This document shows, one piece after another, positions 56,008 through 64,000 of a DNA stretch of 64,000 bases (the stretch's first letter is position 1; every line of letters starts with the position of its first letter). The stretch is taken from contig CAWJOQ010000002.1 of NCBI GenBank assembly GCA_963844485.1, positions 192,328 through 256,327 of the forward strand, in the 5' to 3' direction. Source of the stretch: an uncultured beta proteobacterium (GTDB taxonomy: Bacteria; Pseudomonadota; Gammaproteobacteria; Burkholderiales; Burkholderiaceae_C). Both the position numbers and the translations under genes were made by a program. The notes under the pieces were generated by a model that was not told the DNA's origin, searched no databases, and saw only the letters and a program-made list of their open reading frames with translations.

Positions 56008-56901
56008 TCACTCGATGGCCCGTGGGCGGTCGAGGTACAGCCGATCGAGCTGCCTGGCGGCAGCGATGTCGAGTTCGGTCACCCGGCAGCCCACGTCCCA
56101 GGTTGAAAACGACACGGTCACAACCTTCCATTGGTTCTCCCAGCGTGGATGGTGTGGCGGGCGCCAGGCATCGATGGCCTTGGCGGCAAACGCCATGAAC
56201 CGCACCGCCTCCTCGAACGTGCCGAAGTCATAGTCCTTGCTGATCTCCTGGGCCCGCTGACCGTCGCCCCACGGGTGCGGTGACCAGCACAGGCGCCAGA
56301 ACGACAACGGCGCCAGCGCAACGCGCACCTGCTCGTCCGTCATGACCGCGCGTTTCTGTTGCTGCGGCTGGGGCCGGGCCAGCGATCCATTCGGGTTGCG
56401 CTGGGCATCACGGACCAGCCTGGTGAGTGGCGCCTTGGCCGCGATGCAGTCGATCAAGCCGTCCAGCGCTGGCTCCCAGGATGCATTGGCGAGCCGAACA
56501 GCCTGCAGTGCGGGCAGGCGACGCAAGGGCTTGTCCAGTGCCGGCGCTACCAGCGCGGCCACGCCATCCAGGTACACCGGAATGACCGTGCACAGCTGCT
56601 GGCCCTCGCGCACCAGCGCCTCGCAGACTTCTCGCCGGACCCAGTCCCTGTGGTCGTCCAGGCGCCTGCGGCCCCAGTCGTCAGCACACCGCAACCAGCC
56701 GGGGCCCATGACGACCAGCACGATCCGGGCTGCAAGCAGCGCGCTGCGGATCGCCTCGGACCAATCCTCACCGCCCTCGATGGCGCCACGGTCGAGAAAG
56801 ACCTGGTCCTGGCCAAAGGCCCAGCGCAAGCGATCGGCGATGGCAAACGCTGCGTGCTGGGCATCGGACCGGCGGTAGCTGATGAAGATCGCGTTGGCCA
56901 T
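56008..56901 (-). CDS. TIR domain fused to a pterin-4a-carbinolamine dehydratase (PCD/DCoH)-like domain
   Basis: The N-terminus MANAIFISYRRSDAQHAAFAIADRL ... VFLD ... IVLVVMGPGWLRCADDW ... REVCEAL matches a bacterial TIR (TIR_2-like) with a candidate catalytic Glu. The C-terminus FEEAVRFMAFAAKAIDAWRPPHHPRWENQWKVVTVSFSTWDVGCRVTELDIAAARQLD matches the PCD/DCoH HHP signature and fold. Confidence 0.7.
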   Translation of the reverse strand: MANAIFISYRRSDAQHAAFAIADRLRWAFGQDQVFLDRGAIEGGEDWSEAIRSALLAARIVLVVMGPGWLRCADDWGRRRLDDHRDWVRREVCEALVREGQQLCTVIPVYLDGVAALVAPALDKPLRRLPALQAVRLANASWEPALDGLIDCIAAKAPLTRLVRDAQRNPNGSLARPQPQQQKRAVMTDEQVRVALAPLSFWRLCWSPHPWGDGQRAQEISKDYDFGTFEEAVRFMAFAAKAIDAWRPPHHPRWENQWKVVTVSFSTWDVGCRVTELDIAAARQLDRLYLDRPRAIE

Positions 56902-56979
56902 GTGGACTTTCAGGTTGGCCGTCGACGCTGGACGACGCGTGGCTGGACGGGATGGGGGATGCGGAACCGGCCCGTCTGG

Positions 56980-59415
56980 TCAAGCCGGCTGGCGCGCCAG
57001 CGGCACTGCGCGGGTCGGCAGCAGTTGCTGGGCCAGACGGTCCAGTTGTGCCGCCTGCCGCTGCCAGCGCTCTCCGCCGCCGGCACGGTGGCGGGCACGG
57101 CTGAAATTGGCCAGCAAGGCCAGCTGACCCACGACTGAATCCAGCTGCCAAGGCTGGATCAACAGCCTGTCCACGGCCTGGGCATAGGCCCCAGAGACTG
57201 CCTTCCAGGCCATGTCGGCTGTGTCGCCGTCGGCCGCCAGGCCACCCATGCGCAGCTGCTCGACCAGCACCGATTCAGGCTGCATCACGGCCAGCCACAC
57301 ATCGCCGCTGGCCCCATAGGCCGACGCCAGTGCCTGCCGGCAGTGCGCCGCCAGCTCGCGCGCCTCGCCATGGCCGGCGTCGCTGGCCGGGTCGGCAAGC
57401 AGGGCATCAAGTGCCAAGCGGTTGAGCACGTTGTATGGCCTGAACTGGGCGCTGCCGGGCTGGCCTTCGCCGTGGCGGTAGGCGTCTGCGGCCTGCTGCA
57501 GGGCCTGCTGCATGGCGGCCACAGCGTCGGCCACAGCGCCCGCGGGGGCCTTGGCGGCCAAGGTCAGCAAGCGCAGGGCGTGGACCGCGGCCAGGCGCTT
57601 CCAGGCGCTGCCCAGCAGCGCGGCGCGTTCGGCGTTGGGTGGCGGCGTGGCCGCTGCACCGCCGCCCGCCACCAGGCTGTTGAGCATGTCCAGCCGCGCA
57701 ATGGCGCTGCGGATCCTGGCCTCGCCATCGACCAAGGCGGCGGTGTCCACCGGCGTGCGCCCCAGCGCGGCACGGGCAGCCTGCTCACCGATGCGGGCCT
57801 CGATGTTGGCCAGTTGCTCCACGTCGCGGATCGGCACCCGGCCCGCCTGGTCTTCGGCCTGGACCGCCGCCAGCAGCGCGTCAAAGGCCTGGCGGGCCTC
57901 GCCCAGGTCGCGCCAGGTGGCGCCCAGCGCCGACAGCAGCACAGGCAGGCCGCGCCATGCTGGCGGGCAGCGCTTGTCCAGCATGGTCCTCAGCCGGGCC
58001 ACCAGGGCCGTGCGGTCGGTCTCGGTCTGGCGCTCGGGCCGGCGCGTGGCGGCCAGGCGGGCACGTGCCAGCTGGTCCAGCAGTTCGTCCATGGACACGA
58101 AGGGATCACCGTTGTCGCCGTCAAAGCCAGCACCGTCAGCGCGCGGCTCGGCGCGCCAGCCGGGGTCGCCATAGGCCTGGAAGGCGCCCCAGGTGATGTC
58201 GCCCGGCGCGGTCTCCCACAGGGCCTTGCGGGCCGCGTGCACCGCATCGGCAAAGCTGCGGCCCTGCAGCATCAAGTGGTCATAGAAGACCTCGCCAAAC
58301 TGCTGGGCCAGGCGGTCGGTGACTGCCCAACCGGCCACCACCACGCAACGCACGCCGATGTCGATCAGCTCACGCGCGACGCTGGCGGCCAGCTTGTTGC
58401 CGTTGCGCACGGTGGCGTCCACCTGGCCCAGGTGGCAGCAGTTCAGGAACACCAGTTCCGGCACGGCCTCCATCGCGGCAATCTCGGTGGCGGTGATCAG
58501 CAGGCCGCCGGACAAGACCACGCCGCTGCGGCTGTGGCCGTCGCTGTGGCGCTGCTCGAACACGCCGTGGGCCGAGATGTGCAGCACCCGGTAAGGCTGG
58601 CGGTACAGCCTGGCCAGCACCATGGCGGCGGTGGCGTCAGCGCCGATGGCGCGGCTGCAGTTGTAGCCCAGGCCGGTCAGCAGCTTGGCCACGCCGGTGG
58701 CCTCGGCTTCGGCGCCGGGCAGGGCGTCGGGCTCCAGCCCCTTGGGATTGCGCGGGTCGGGAAAGTGCCGCGCGAAGCCCTCGACCGACGGGTTGCCCAC
58801 CACCAGGGCATTGCGCGACGGCGCCTGGCGCACCTGGCGCCGAAACTGGCTGGACGCCAGTTGCCGCACCAGCGGCGTGCGCACGGCCAGCGGTGTGGGC
58901 TCGCTGGCAGCCGGCACGCTGCCATCGGCCACGGCCTCGGGCAGCATCAGTTCCCAGGGCAGGTTGGCAGTGGCGCTGTCCACCACCAGCACCACCCGCT
59001 CCAGCTGGCGCAGCATGTCCTTGAAGTCGGGCGGCACCAGCAGCTGGAACAGCAGGCGGCCGAAGTCCTGGCTCCACACGGCGCTGTCGATCTGCTGGCT
59101 GACCAGGGTTTCGATCAGCCCGGGCTGGCGTTGTTGCAGCATGGATTCAGCCCGCGCCCGCTGCCCCACGAAGAGGTAGCGCAGCCGATTGGCCAGCCGC
59201 CCGTGGCCGCTGGCGGCATGGGGCCTGGCAGCGCCGGCAATGGCGTCCGCTTCAGGGCCGGCATCCACACCGCCGTCAGCCGGGCAGCTGGCGTCGGTGA
59301 CCATCAGGCGCGGCCAGTAGTTGCCCTGGCCGCTGTCGAACAGGCGCTGGCGCAGGCCGTTGCCATGCACCAACTCGGCGTTGCAGACCAGTTGGCTGCC
59401 CAGCCGGGCGGCCAT
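56980..59415 (-). CDS. CHAT-domain (caspase-like) protease with a long helical C-terminal region. It is probably the C-terminal part of one giant gene together with 59304..63350.
   Basis: YRVLHISAHGVFEQ ... SGVVLSGG ... ELVFLNCCHLGQ is the CHAT His/Cys dyad. The upstream LVVDSATANLPWELM is typical of a CHAT N-lobe. It overlaps the upstream ORF by 112 nt in a different frame. Confidence 0.7.
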   Translation of the reverse strand: MAARLGSQLVCNAELVHGNGLRQRLFDSGQGNYWPRLMVTDASCPADGGVDAGPEADAIAGAARPHAASGHGRLANRLRYLFVGQRARAESMLQQRQPGLIETLVSQQIDSAVWSQDFGRLLFQLLVPPDFKDMLRQLERVVLVVDSATANLPWELMLPEAVADGSVPAASEPTPLAVRTPLVRQLASSQFRRQVRQAPSRNALVVGNPSVEGFARHFPDPRNPKGLEPDALPGAEAEATGVAKLLTGLGYNCSRAIGADATAAMVLARLYRQPYRVLHISAHGVFEQRHSDGHSRSGVVLSGGLLITATEIAAMEAVPELVFLNCCHLGQVDATVRNGNKLAASVARELIDIGVRCVVVAGWAVTDRLAQQFGEVFYDHLMLQGRSFADAVHAARKALWETAPGDITWGAFQAYGDPGWRAEPRADGAGFDGDNGDPFVSMDELLDQLARARLAATRRPERQTETDRTALVARLRTMLDKRCPPAWRGLPVLLSALGATWRDLGEARQAFDALLAAVQAEDQAGRVPIRDVEQLANIEARIGEQAARAALGRTPVDTAALVDGEARIRSAIARLDMLNSLVAGGGAAATPPPNAERAALLGSAWKRLAAVHALRLLTLAAKAPAGAVADAVAAMQQALQQAADAYRHGEGQPGSAQFRPYNVLNRLALDALLADPASDAGHGEARELAAHCRQALASAYGASGDVWLAVMQPESVLVEQLRMGGLAADGDTADMAWKAVSGAYAQAVDRLLIQPWQLDSVVGQLALLANFSRARHRAGGGERWQRQAAQLDRLAQQLLPTRAVPLARQPA

Positions 59416-62400
59416 CGGCGGCCAGCGCGGGCTTGCAACTGCCGCAGCTCATAGGCGGCGGTGATGGCGGTGTCGAGGTACAGCTCGGTGATGTCGAGCT
59501 GCGCCACCCGCAGGTTCAGCCCGGTGGTGTCCTTGAAGCGGGCATTGGCCTCGACCACACCGCGCACCAGCGCCTCCAGCGAGGCCGCCACCGACAGCGT
59601 GGCCGACGAGTTGTAGCCCAGCAGCAGCGTGGCCAGCGGCAGCGCCCGGTCGGTGGTGCCCAGCACATCCACCGCCTGCAGCAGGTAGCGCAGCACGCCG
59701 GCGCGCACCGCCTGCACCAGCCTGTCCTGGCTGAGCGCACCGGTGTAGTCGCCCAGGCCGGTGACCACCGCCCCCACCAGGCTGCCACGCGCCTGCTCGG
59801 CCGGGTTGGGCGCACGCAGCACCACCGTGGCGCTGCCCAGCGGCCCGGCGTACAGGCCCAGGGCGTGGCGCTGGCTGAGCTGGCCATCAAGCAGTTCGGT
59901 GTCGATCAGCCGCTGCGGACCGGCGATCGGGTCGCTTTGGTACTGGCCGACCAGGATGGGCCGGGTGATGAAGCGCAGGTCCATGGCCTGCACCTGCACC
60001 ACCAGCGCACGCCCGGCGCGGGGCAGCACCTGGCGGCTGGGCGCGCCACCCAGCAGGGCCATCTCGGCGCTGCCGCTGTCGGCCAGTTCGGGCGGGCCCG
60101 GGTCGTACACCCGCGGCCGCTGGGACGCGGTGGCACGCAGCGCGGGCGGTGTGGTGGGCAGGCCGGCGGTGGCACCACGGACCAGCAGGTCGGTCAGCGC
60201 GCCAAAGTAGGCGCGGGTGGACAGCAGGTCGCCGTGGGCAGCAGGCAGGTAGTACCAGCTGCCAATGCCGCCGATGCGGCCCGACGCCCAGGTGACGGTG
60301 CCGTCGCCGCGGCTGGTGCCCACCATGCGCACGCGCCCGCCGTCGACCCGCAGGCCACAGGCGGTGTTGGCCGCGACGCCGGCCACATAGGCTGTCTTGG
60401 CCGCATAGCCGGCCGGCAGGGACGGCGTGGTGTCGGCGCCGGGGCTGATGCCGGCGTTGTCCTGCAGCCAGAGCCAGCTGGCACGGTCGAGCATGGGCTG
60501 GCTGGGCTGGGCACCGCGCTGGTTGCCAAACCACAGGTCGGTGTTGATGCGCTTGAGCGGCGGCCAGGTGCCCGCCTGGAAGTACGGGCGCTTGCCTGCG
60601 GGTTCGCCGCCACCCTCAACGCCCTGGAAGCTGTCGCTGAAACCTGGCCGCGGCAGCAGTTGCATGGCGCCGGGAAAGTCGGCCACAAAGTCCAGCACCT
60701 GTTGCATGTCGTGCTTCAGGTCCAGCCGCACCAGGGTGCGCAGGTTGCTGCCCTTGCCCAGCAGGTTCTCCACCATGGTGTGCGAGCCCTGGTTGGGCGT
60801 GCCCAGCATCACCAGGCGGGCGCCGTCGCGCGCCATCAGTGTGTCCATCACCGCGCGGCGACGGTGGATGCAGGCACGCACCACCAGGCCGCCCATGCTG
60901 TGTGCCAGCAGCCGGATGGGCTGCTGGGTGTCTTGCTGCAGGCGCGACAGCAGTTCGCCCAGGCGGTCGCCCAGCACGTCCAGCGGCAGCCGCCAGTCAA
61001 AGGGGAAAGTGATCACCCGGTGGCTGGACCGCAGGTGCCGGACCAGCCCGCCATAGGCCATGTCGAACACCGCGTCGGCTTCGACCGGGTTCTTGTCCCA
61101 GGCCAGCTTGGCCAGCCCGCCGGTGGCGATGCGCAGCGGGTCCATCCAGATGCGGCCGTCCCGGGGCACGGCCAGGTGCGAGCCCATGATGCCGGGCAGC
61201 AGCACCACCACCGGCAGCTCGGTGCCGGGCAGGCCGCGGGCTGCGGCAATGCCTTCATCGTCCAGGCTCTGAAAGTTGACCGGCAGCACCTGGAAGCCTG
61301 GCGTGTCTTGCGGCGTGGCGCTGACCAGCCAGTCGCGCAGCGCGTTGCGGGTGTCGAGGTTGCCGAAGTAGCCGAAGTGGTTGACCGTGGCGCCACGGTC
61401 GAACAGCACCCTGGCGCCGGCCTTGGCGGCAATGCCGCCCAGCATGGCGCCGGTGTCGACCACCAGGTCGTTGTCGAGCTGGTCGAACAGCACAAAGTCG
61501 GTGAGCAACATGCCCAGCCGCACCAGCATGTTGGTGGCCTCGGTGTCACCGGCGATCAGCGCCAGCTGCACGCCGCTGCGCACCTCGGCACGGGCCAGCA
61601 GTGCGGCCATGGGTGAATCGGGCAGCATGCATTCGATGCCGGGCACCATGTGCGGGTCGGTGCGGCGCTTGGCCACCTCGATCACCACCCGCTTGAAGGC
61701 GGCATACAAGGGATTGCCGAAGAAGTACGGCACTGCGCCGATCAGGGTGAGCAGGCCCGACAGGAAGACGTCGAAGTTGCCGCTGGCCAGCCGGGTGCCC
61801 TGGGCCGGGCTGGCCACACGCACGTAGCGCTGCACCTGGGGCTGGCGCTCGCGCAGCAGCGCCGCCAGCGCGGCCAGCTGCACACGCTGGCCGGCGTGTG
61901 CATCTTGCAGATGGGGCGCCAGGGCTGAATCAGGAAACTCGTAGTGGTAAGCGGCGATGCAGCGGTCGATGTCGGCCAGGCACAGCAGGTCGGCCACCAG
62001 GCCGCCGCGTGAATGGCTGACAAAGCTGACCTGGGCCCGCAGCGGCAGCGCCCGCAGCAGCTGCAAGGCGTTGTCGATCGGGCTCTCGGACAAGCTGCGG
62101 TGCTCAAAGCCGTAGATGCCGCCGGGGAACGCACGGTCCAGCACCGACCACAAAGCCCGATCGCCACGCTGCAGGTCGCCAAAACTGCCCAGGGTGCTGC
62201 TGCCGGTGCCGTGGATGAAGACCAAGATCGGGCGGGTTTCATCGGCTGCAGGACCGATGCCTGCTTCAGAGCCGGTGCCTGTGTCCGCTGGGCTGAGCGC
62301 AGCGTCGCCGCGCCAGGCGTACAGCCGACCGGCGGGGCGCTCGAGCCGTTCCTCGATGGCCCACATCAATGCCTTGGTGCCCAGCCAGGACACACCCAGG

Positions 62401-63350
62401 TCGGCCGCATTGGTCACCGCGCCCTTGGCGGCGTCCAGGATCAGGTCGCTGGGTTGCAGACCACCCACCACCAGCTTGAAGACCTTGCTGATCAGCCCGC
62501 CCACCAGGTCGGACAGCAGGCTGCGCGCCGCGTCATCGCCGCCCACGAGCTGGTCGAACAGCACGGCGCCGTCGGCGCCGATCAGCGCTGGCTGGTTGCG
62601 CGCCAGCGCGTCGGTCAGGCCCCGGGTGCTGGTGATCAGCGTGCCGCCGTCGGCCAACTCGAGCACCAGCACCTCGTCATCGCTGCCGGCCAGCGTGGTC
62701 TCGAAGGCATCGCTGTGGCCGCGGGCGGTGGGGCCCAGGTCATGCGCGGCCACCACCTGCAGGTAGCCGTCGGGCAGGAAGGCGTCATCTTGCGCCGCCG
62801 CAGCGGCCGAGCGGCTGGCCGGGTGCAGCAGCGCAGCGACCGAGGGCAGCGCCATTGCACGGCCCTTGAAGCGCAGTGCAGCCGGCCCGGCTGCAGGCGC
62901 TTTGGTGGCGGCGCGTGCGGTTTCGGCTGCGGTTTCGGCTGCGGTTTCGGCTGCGGTTTCGGCTGCGGTTTCGGCTGCGGCTGCGGCTGGGGTTGCGGCT
63001 GGGGTTGCGGCTGGGGTTGCGGCTGAAGTGCGGCTGCGGCGGCGCGGCGCTTTTGCTGCGGCGGCCGCTGCAAGGGCGGCTGGCTTTGGTTCCGATGTCG
63101 CCGCCGGCGGCGTGGGCACAGACGGGCGGGTGGTGCGGGGTTTGCGAGTGGCCAAGGGATAGCTCCAGAACGGGTTGGTGGCGCTGGCCGCCGATGGCAG
63201 CGCGCAGCGGCGTCTGCGCACATGCTGTGGCGGGCGGGGATGCGGCTGTGACCGCCAGCCGCCAGGCCAGCAGGGGGTGGACCATGCCCGCCTGCCGTGG
63301 CCACGCCGCGTGGCCTGTGCCGATGATGCGGCCCGCTTTGGCTGGGGCAA
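59304..63350 (-). CDS. Very large protein with two LCAT/PGAP1-like alpha/beta-hydrolase (lipase/acyltransferase) domains. Its 5' end is low-complexity, so the true start may be at MALPSV (about 62834).
   Basis: Domain 1 has [11 protein letters not shown] ... FVSHSRGG (GxSxG). Domain 2 has [15 protein letters not shown] ... FPFDWRLP (an LCAT-like YDWR motif) ... [10 protein letters not shown] ... [10 protein letters not shown]. The N-terminal (AETAA)5/(AATPA)3 region is encoded by 15-bp tandem repeats. Confidence 0.6.
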   Translation of the reverse strand: MPQPKRAASSAQATRRGHGRRAWSTPCWPGGWRSQPHPRPPQHVRRRRCALPSAASATNPFWSYPLATRKPRTTRPSVPTPPAATSEPKPAALAAAAAAKAPRRRSRTSAATPAATPAATPAAAAAETAAETAAETAAETAAETARAATKAPAAGPAALRFKGRAMALPSVAALLHPASRSAAAAAQDDAFLPDGYLQVVAAHDLGPTARGHSDAFETTLAGSDDEVLVLELADGGTLITSTRGLTDALARNQPALIGADGAVLFDQLVGGDDAARSLLSDLVGGLISKVFKLVVGGLQPSDLILDAAKGAVTNAADLGVSWLGTKALMWAIEERLERPAGRLYAWRGDAALSPADTGTGSEAGIGPAADETRPILVFIHGTGSSTLGSFGDLQRGDRALWSVLDRAFPGGIYGFEHRSLSESPIDNALQLLRALPLRAQVSFVSHSRGGLVADLLCLADIDRCIAAYHYEFPDSALAPHLQDAHAGQRVQLAALAALLRERQPQVQRYVRVASPAQGTRLASGNFDVFLSGLLTLIGAVPYFFGNPLYAAFKRVVIEVAKRRTDPHMVPGIECMLPDSPMAALLARAEVRSGVQLALIAGDTEATNMLVRLGMLLTDFVLFDQLDNDLVVDTGAMLGGIAAKAGARVLFDRGATVNHFGYFGNLDTRNALRDWLVSATPQDTPGFQVLPVNFQSLDDEGIAAARGLPGTELPVVVLLPGIMGSHLAVPRDGRIWMDPLRIATGGLAKLAWDKNPVEADAVFDMAYGGLVRHLRSSHRVITFPFDWRLPLDVLGDRLGELLSRLQQDTQQPIRLLAHSMGGLVVRACIHRRRAVMDTLMARDGARLVMLGTPNQGSHTMVENLLGKGSNLRTLVRLDLKHDMQQVLDFVADFPGAMQLLPRPGFSDSFQGVEGGGEPAGKRPYFQAGTWPPLKRINTDLWFGNQRGAQPSQPMLDRASWLWLQDNAGISPGADTTPSLPAGYAAKTAYVAGVAANTACGLRVDGGRVRMVGTSRGDGTVTWASGRIGGIGSWYYLPAAHGDLLSTRAYFGALTDLLVRGATAGLPTTPPALRATASQRPRVYDPGPPELADSGSAEMALLGGAPSRQVLPRAGRALVVQVQAMDLRFITRPILVGQYQSDPIAGPQRLIDTELLDGQLSQRHALGLYAGPLGSATVVLRAPNPAEQARGSLVGAVVTGLGDYTGALSQDRLVQAVRAGVLRYLLQAVDVLGTTDRALPLATLLLGYNSSATLSVAASLEALVRGVVEANARFKDTTGLNLRVAQLDITELYLDTAITAAYELRQLQARAGRRWPPGWAANWSATPSWCMATACASACSTAARATTGRA
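62917..63026. repeat. Tandem 15-bp repeats: five copies of GCGGTTTCGGCTGCG followed by three copies of GGGGTTGCGGCTG-like units
   Basis: Read directly from the sequence. On the minus strand they encode the (AETAA)n/(AATPA)n low-complexity region at the 5' end of the giant hydrolase ORF, or else they form part of its leader. Confidence 0.8.
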
Positions 63351-63673
63351 TCAGGCAATGTAGGGATGGTGCGGTTGCCGCTGCAGTGCGCAATGCGGCG
63401 GCTGCAGACCGGGCGCCGCACGGTGGTGATGCCATGCACAGACACGCCGGTGGTGCTGCCGGGCCAGGGCGCCCCGGCGCAGCCTGGGCCTGCGCCAAGC
63501 CTCGGCGCGGGGGCCAGACCCCCTGCTCTGGTGTCGGGTCTAGGGTCTTCAGCAACCTGTCAGCGGCGCCAATCGCGGTTAACGTCGCGCCGCATGCGCC
63601 CACGCACCTGGCCGCTGCCAGCCTGCCGGGCAAGACCCAGGCGCCAGACCGCCCACACCAACAGGAGACACGC

Positions 63674-64000
63674 ATGAGCCCCAACCAAAACCGCAGCGGC
63701 CGGCTGGCACGCGACGCCATGGCCTTCGTGCTGGCCGGCGGCCGCGGCAGCCGGCTGATGGAGCTGACCGACCGCCGCGCCAAGCCCGGCGTGTACTTCG
63801 GCGGCAAGACCCGCATCATCGACTTTGCGCTGAGCAACGCGCTGAACTCCGGCATCCGGCGCATCGGCGTGGCCACGCAGTACAAGGCGCACAGCCTGAT
63901 CCGCCACCTGACGCGGGGCTGGAGCTTCATGCGCGCCGAGCGCAACGAGAGCTTCGACATCCTGCCGGCCAGCCAGCGCGTGTCGGAAAGCGCCTGGTAC
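63674..64000 (+). CDS. glgC: Glucose-1-phosphate adenylyltransferase, N-terminal part (the gene runs off the right edge of the window)
   Basis: [79 protein letters not shown] is a canonical GlgC N-terminus. Confidence 0.85.
   Translation, partial: MSPNQNRSGRLARDAMAFVLAGGRGSRLMELTDRRAKPGVYFGGKTRIIDFALSNALNSGIRRIGVATQYKAHSLIRHLTRGWSFMRAERNESFDILPASQRVSESAWY

Noticed and set aside
57343-63026. Plus-strand ORFs 57343..59454, 59433..61616 and 62013..63026 opposite the CHAT and giant hydrolase genes
   Set aside because: They are shadow ORFs of the minus-strand genes. The latter carry CHAT, LCAT-like and GxSxG motifs, and these do not.
62917-63026. The 15-bp tandem repeats as a possible CRISPR array
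   Set aside because: The repeats are directly adjacent with no spacers, are only 13-15 bp long, and lie inside or at the 5' edge of an ORF. This is a coding or leader tandem repeat, not CRISPR.

Overview
This 64 kb window is very GC-rich (~70%) and looks like a betaproteobacterial chromosome, probably Burkholderiales or Rhodocyclales-like, based on gene content and the recurrent PEP-CTERM proteins. The left half (1-32.6 kb) is core metabolism. The right half, starting at a tRNA-Ser (32669-32759), is accessory.

Core region, in order:
- an RND efflux pump with its membrane-fusion protein
- hopanoid genes hpnC-hpnD-hpnE
- an IclR-family regulator and a PBP7-like D-Ala-D-Ala endopeptidase
- the ilvB-ilvH-ilvC-pssA-leuA cluster, which carries two adjacent 2-isopropylmalate-synthase paralogs
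- an ECF sigma factor operon followed by DUF3619, DUF3106 and RDD-family genes
- dgkA, a LOG-family gene, glnB and nadE
- a COG3146 GNAT-like gene and a Pat-like acyl-CoA synthetase/GNAT
- soluble pyrophosphatase (ppa) diverging from the membrane H+-pyrophosphatase (hppA)
- an Orn/Lys/Arg decarboxylase
- NfeD, an SPFH-family gene and a DUF2237 gene

Accessory region, in order:
- a small cassette carrying an Xre/DUF2384-RES toxin-antitoxin pair
- an amidase plus a membrane protein
- a secreted hydrolase / lipoprotein / trypsin-like protease operon
- a phosphate-scavenging block: ExeM-like nuclease, metallophosphoesterase, UshA-like 5'-nucleotidase and PhoX, interleaved with four PEP-CTERM proteins, with a Pho-box-like direct repeat upstream of phoX
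- a degenerate transposase
- the most interesting locus (56.0-63.4 kb): a TIR domain fused to a pterin-4a-carbinolamine-dehydratase (DCoH) domain, lying downstream of a CHAT protease and a roughly 1350-aa protein with two LCAT-like alpha/beta-hydrolase domains. These last two may be a single ~2150-aa gene. This is a candidate undescribed conflict/immune system. glgC starts at the right edge.

One caveat applies to all coordinates. Many genes are split across reading frames, including nadE (normally essential), hpnC, hpnE, the ECF sigma factor, pat, phoX, the nuclease and the RND pump. The one junction examined in detail (nadE) sits in G/C runs. This points to indel errors in the assembly rather than real pseudogenes, so many start and end coordinates are approximate.
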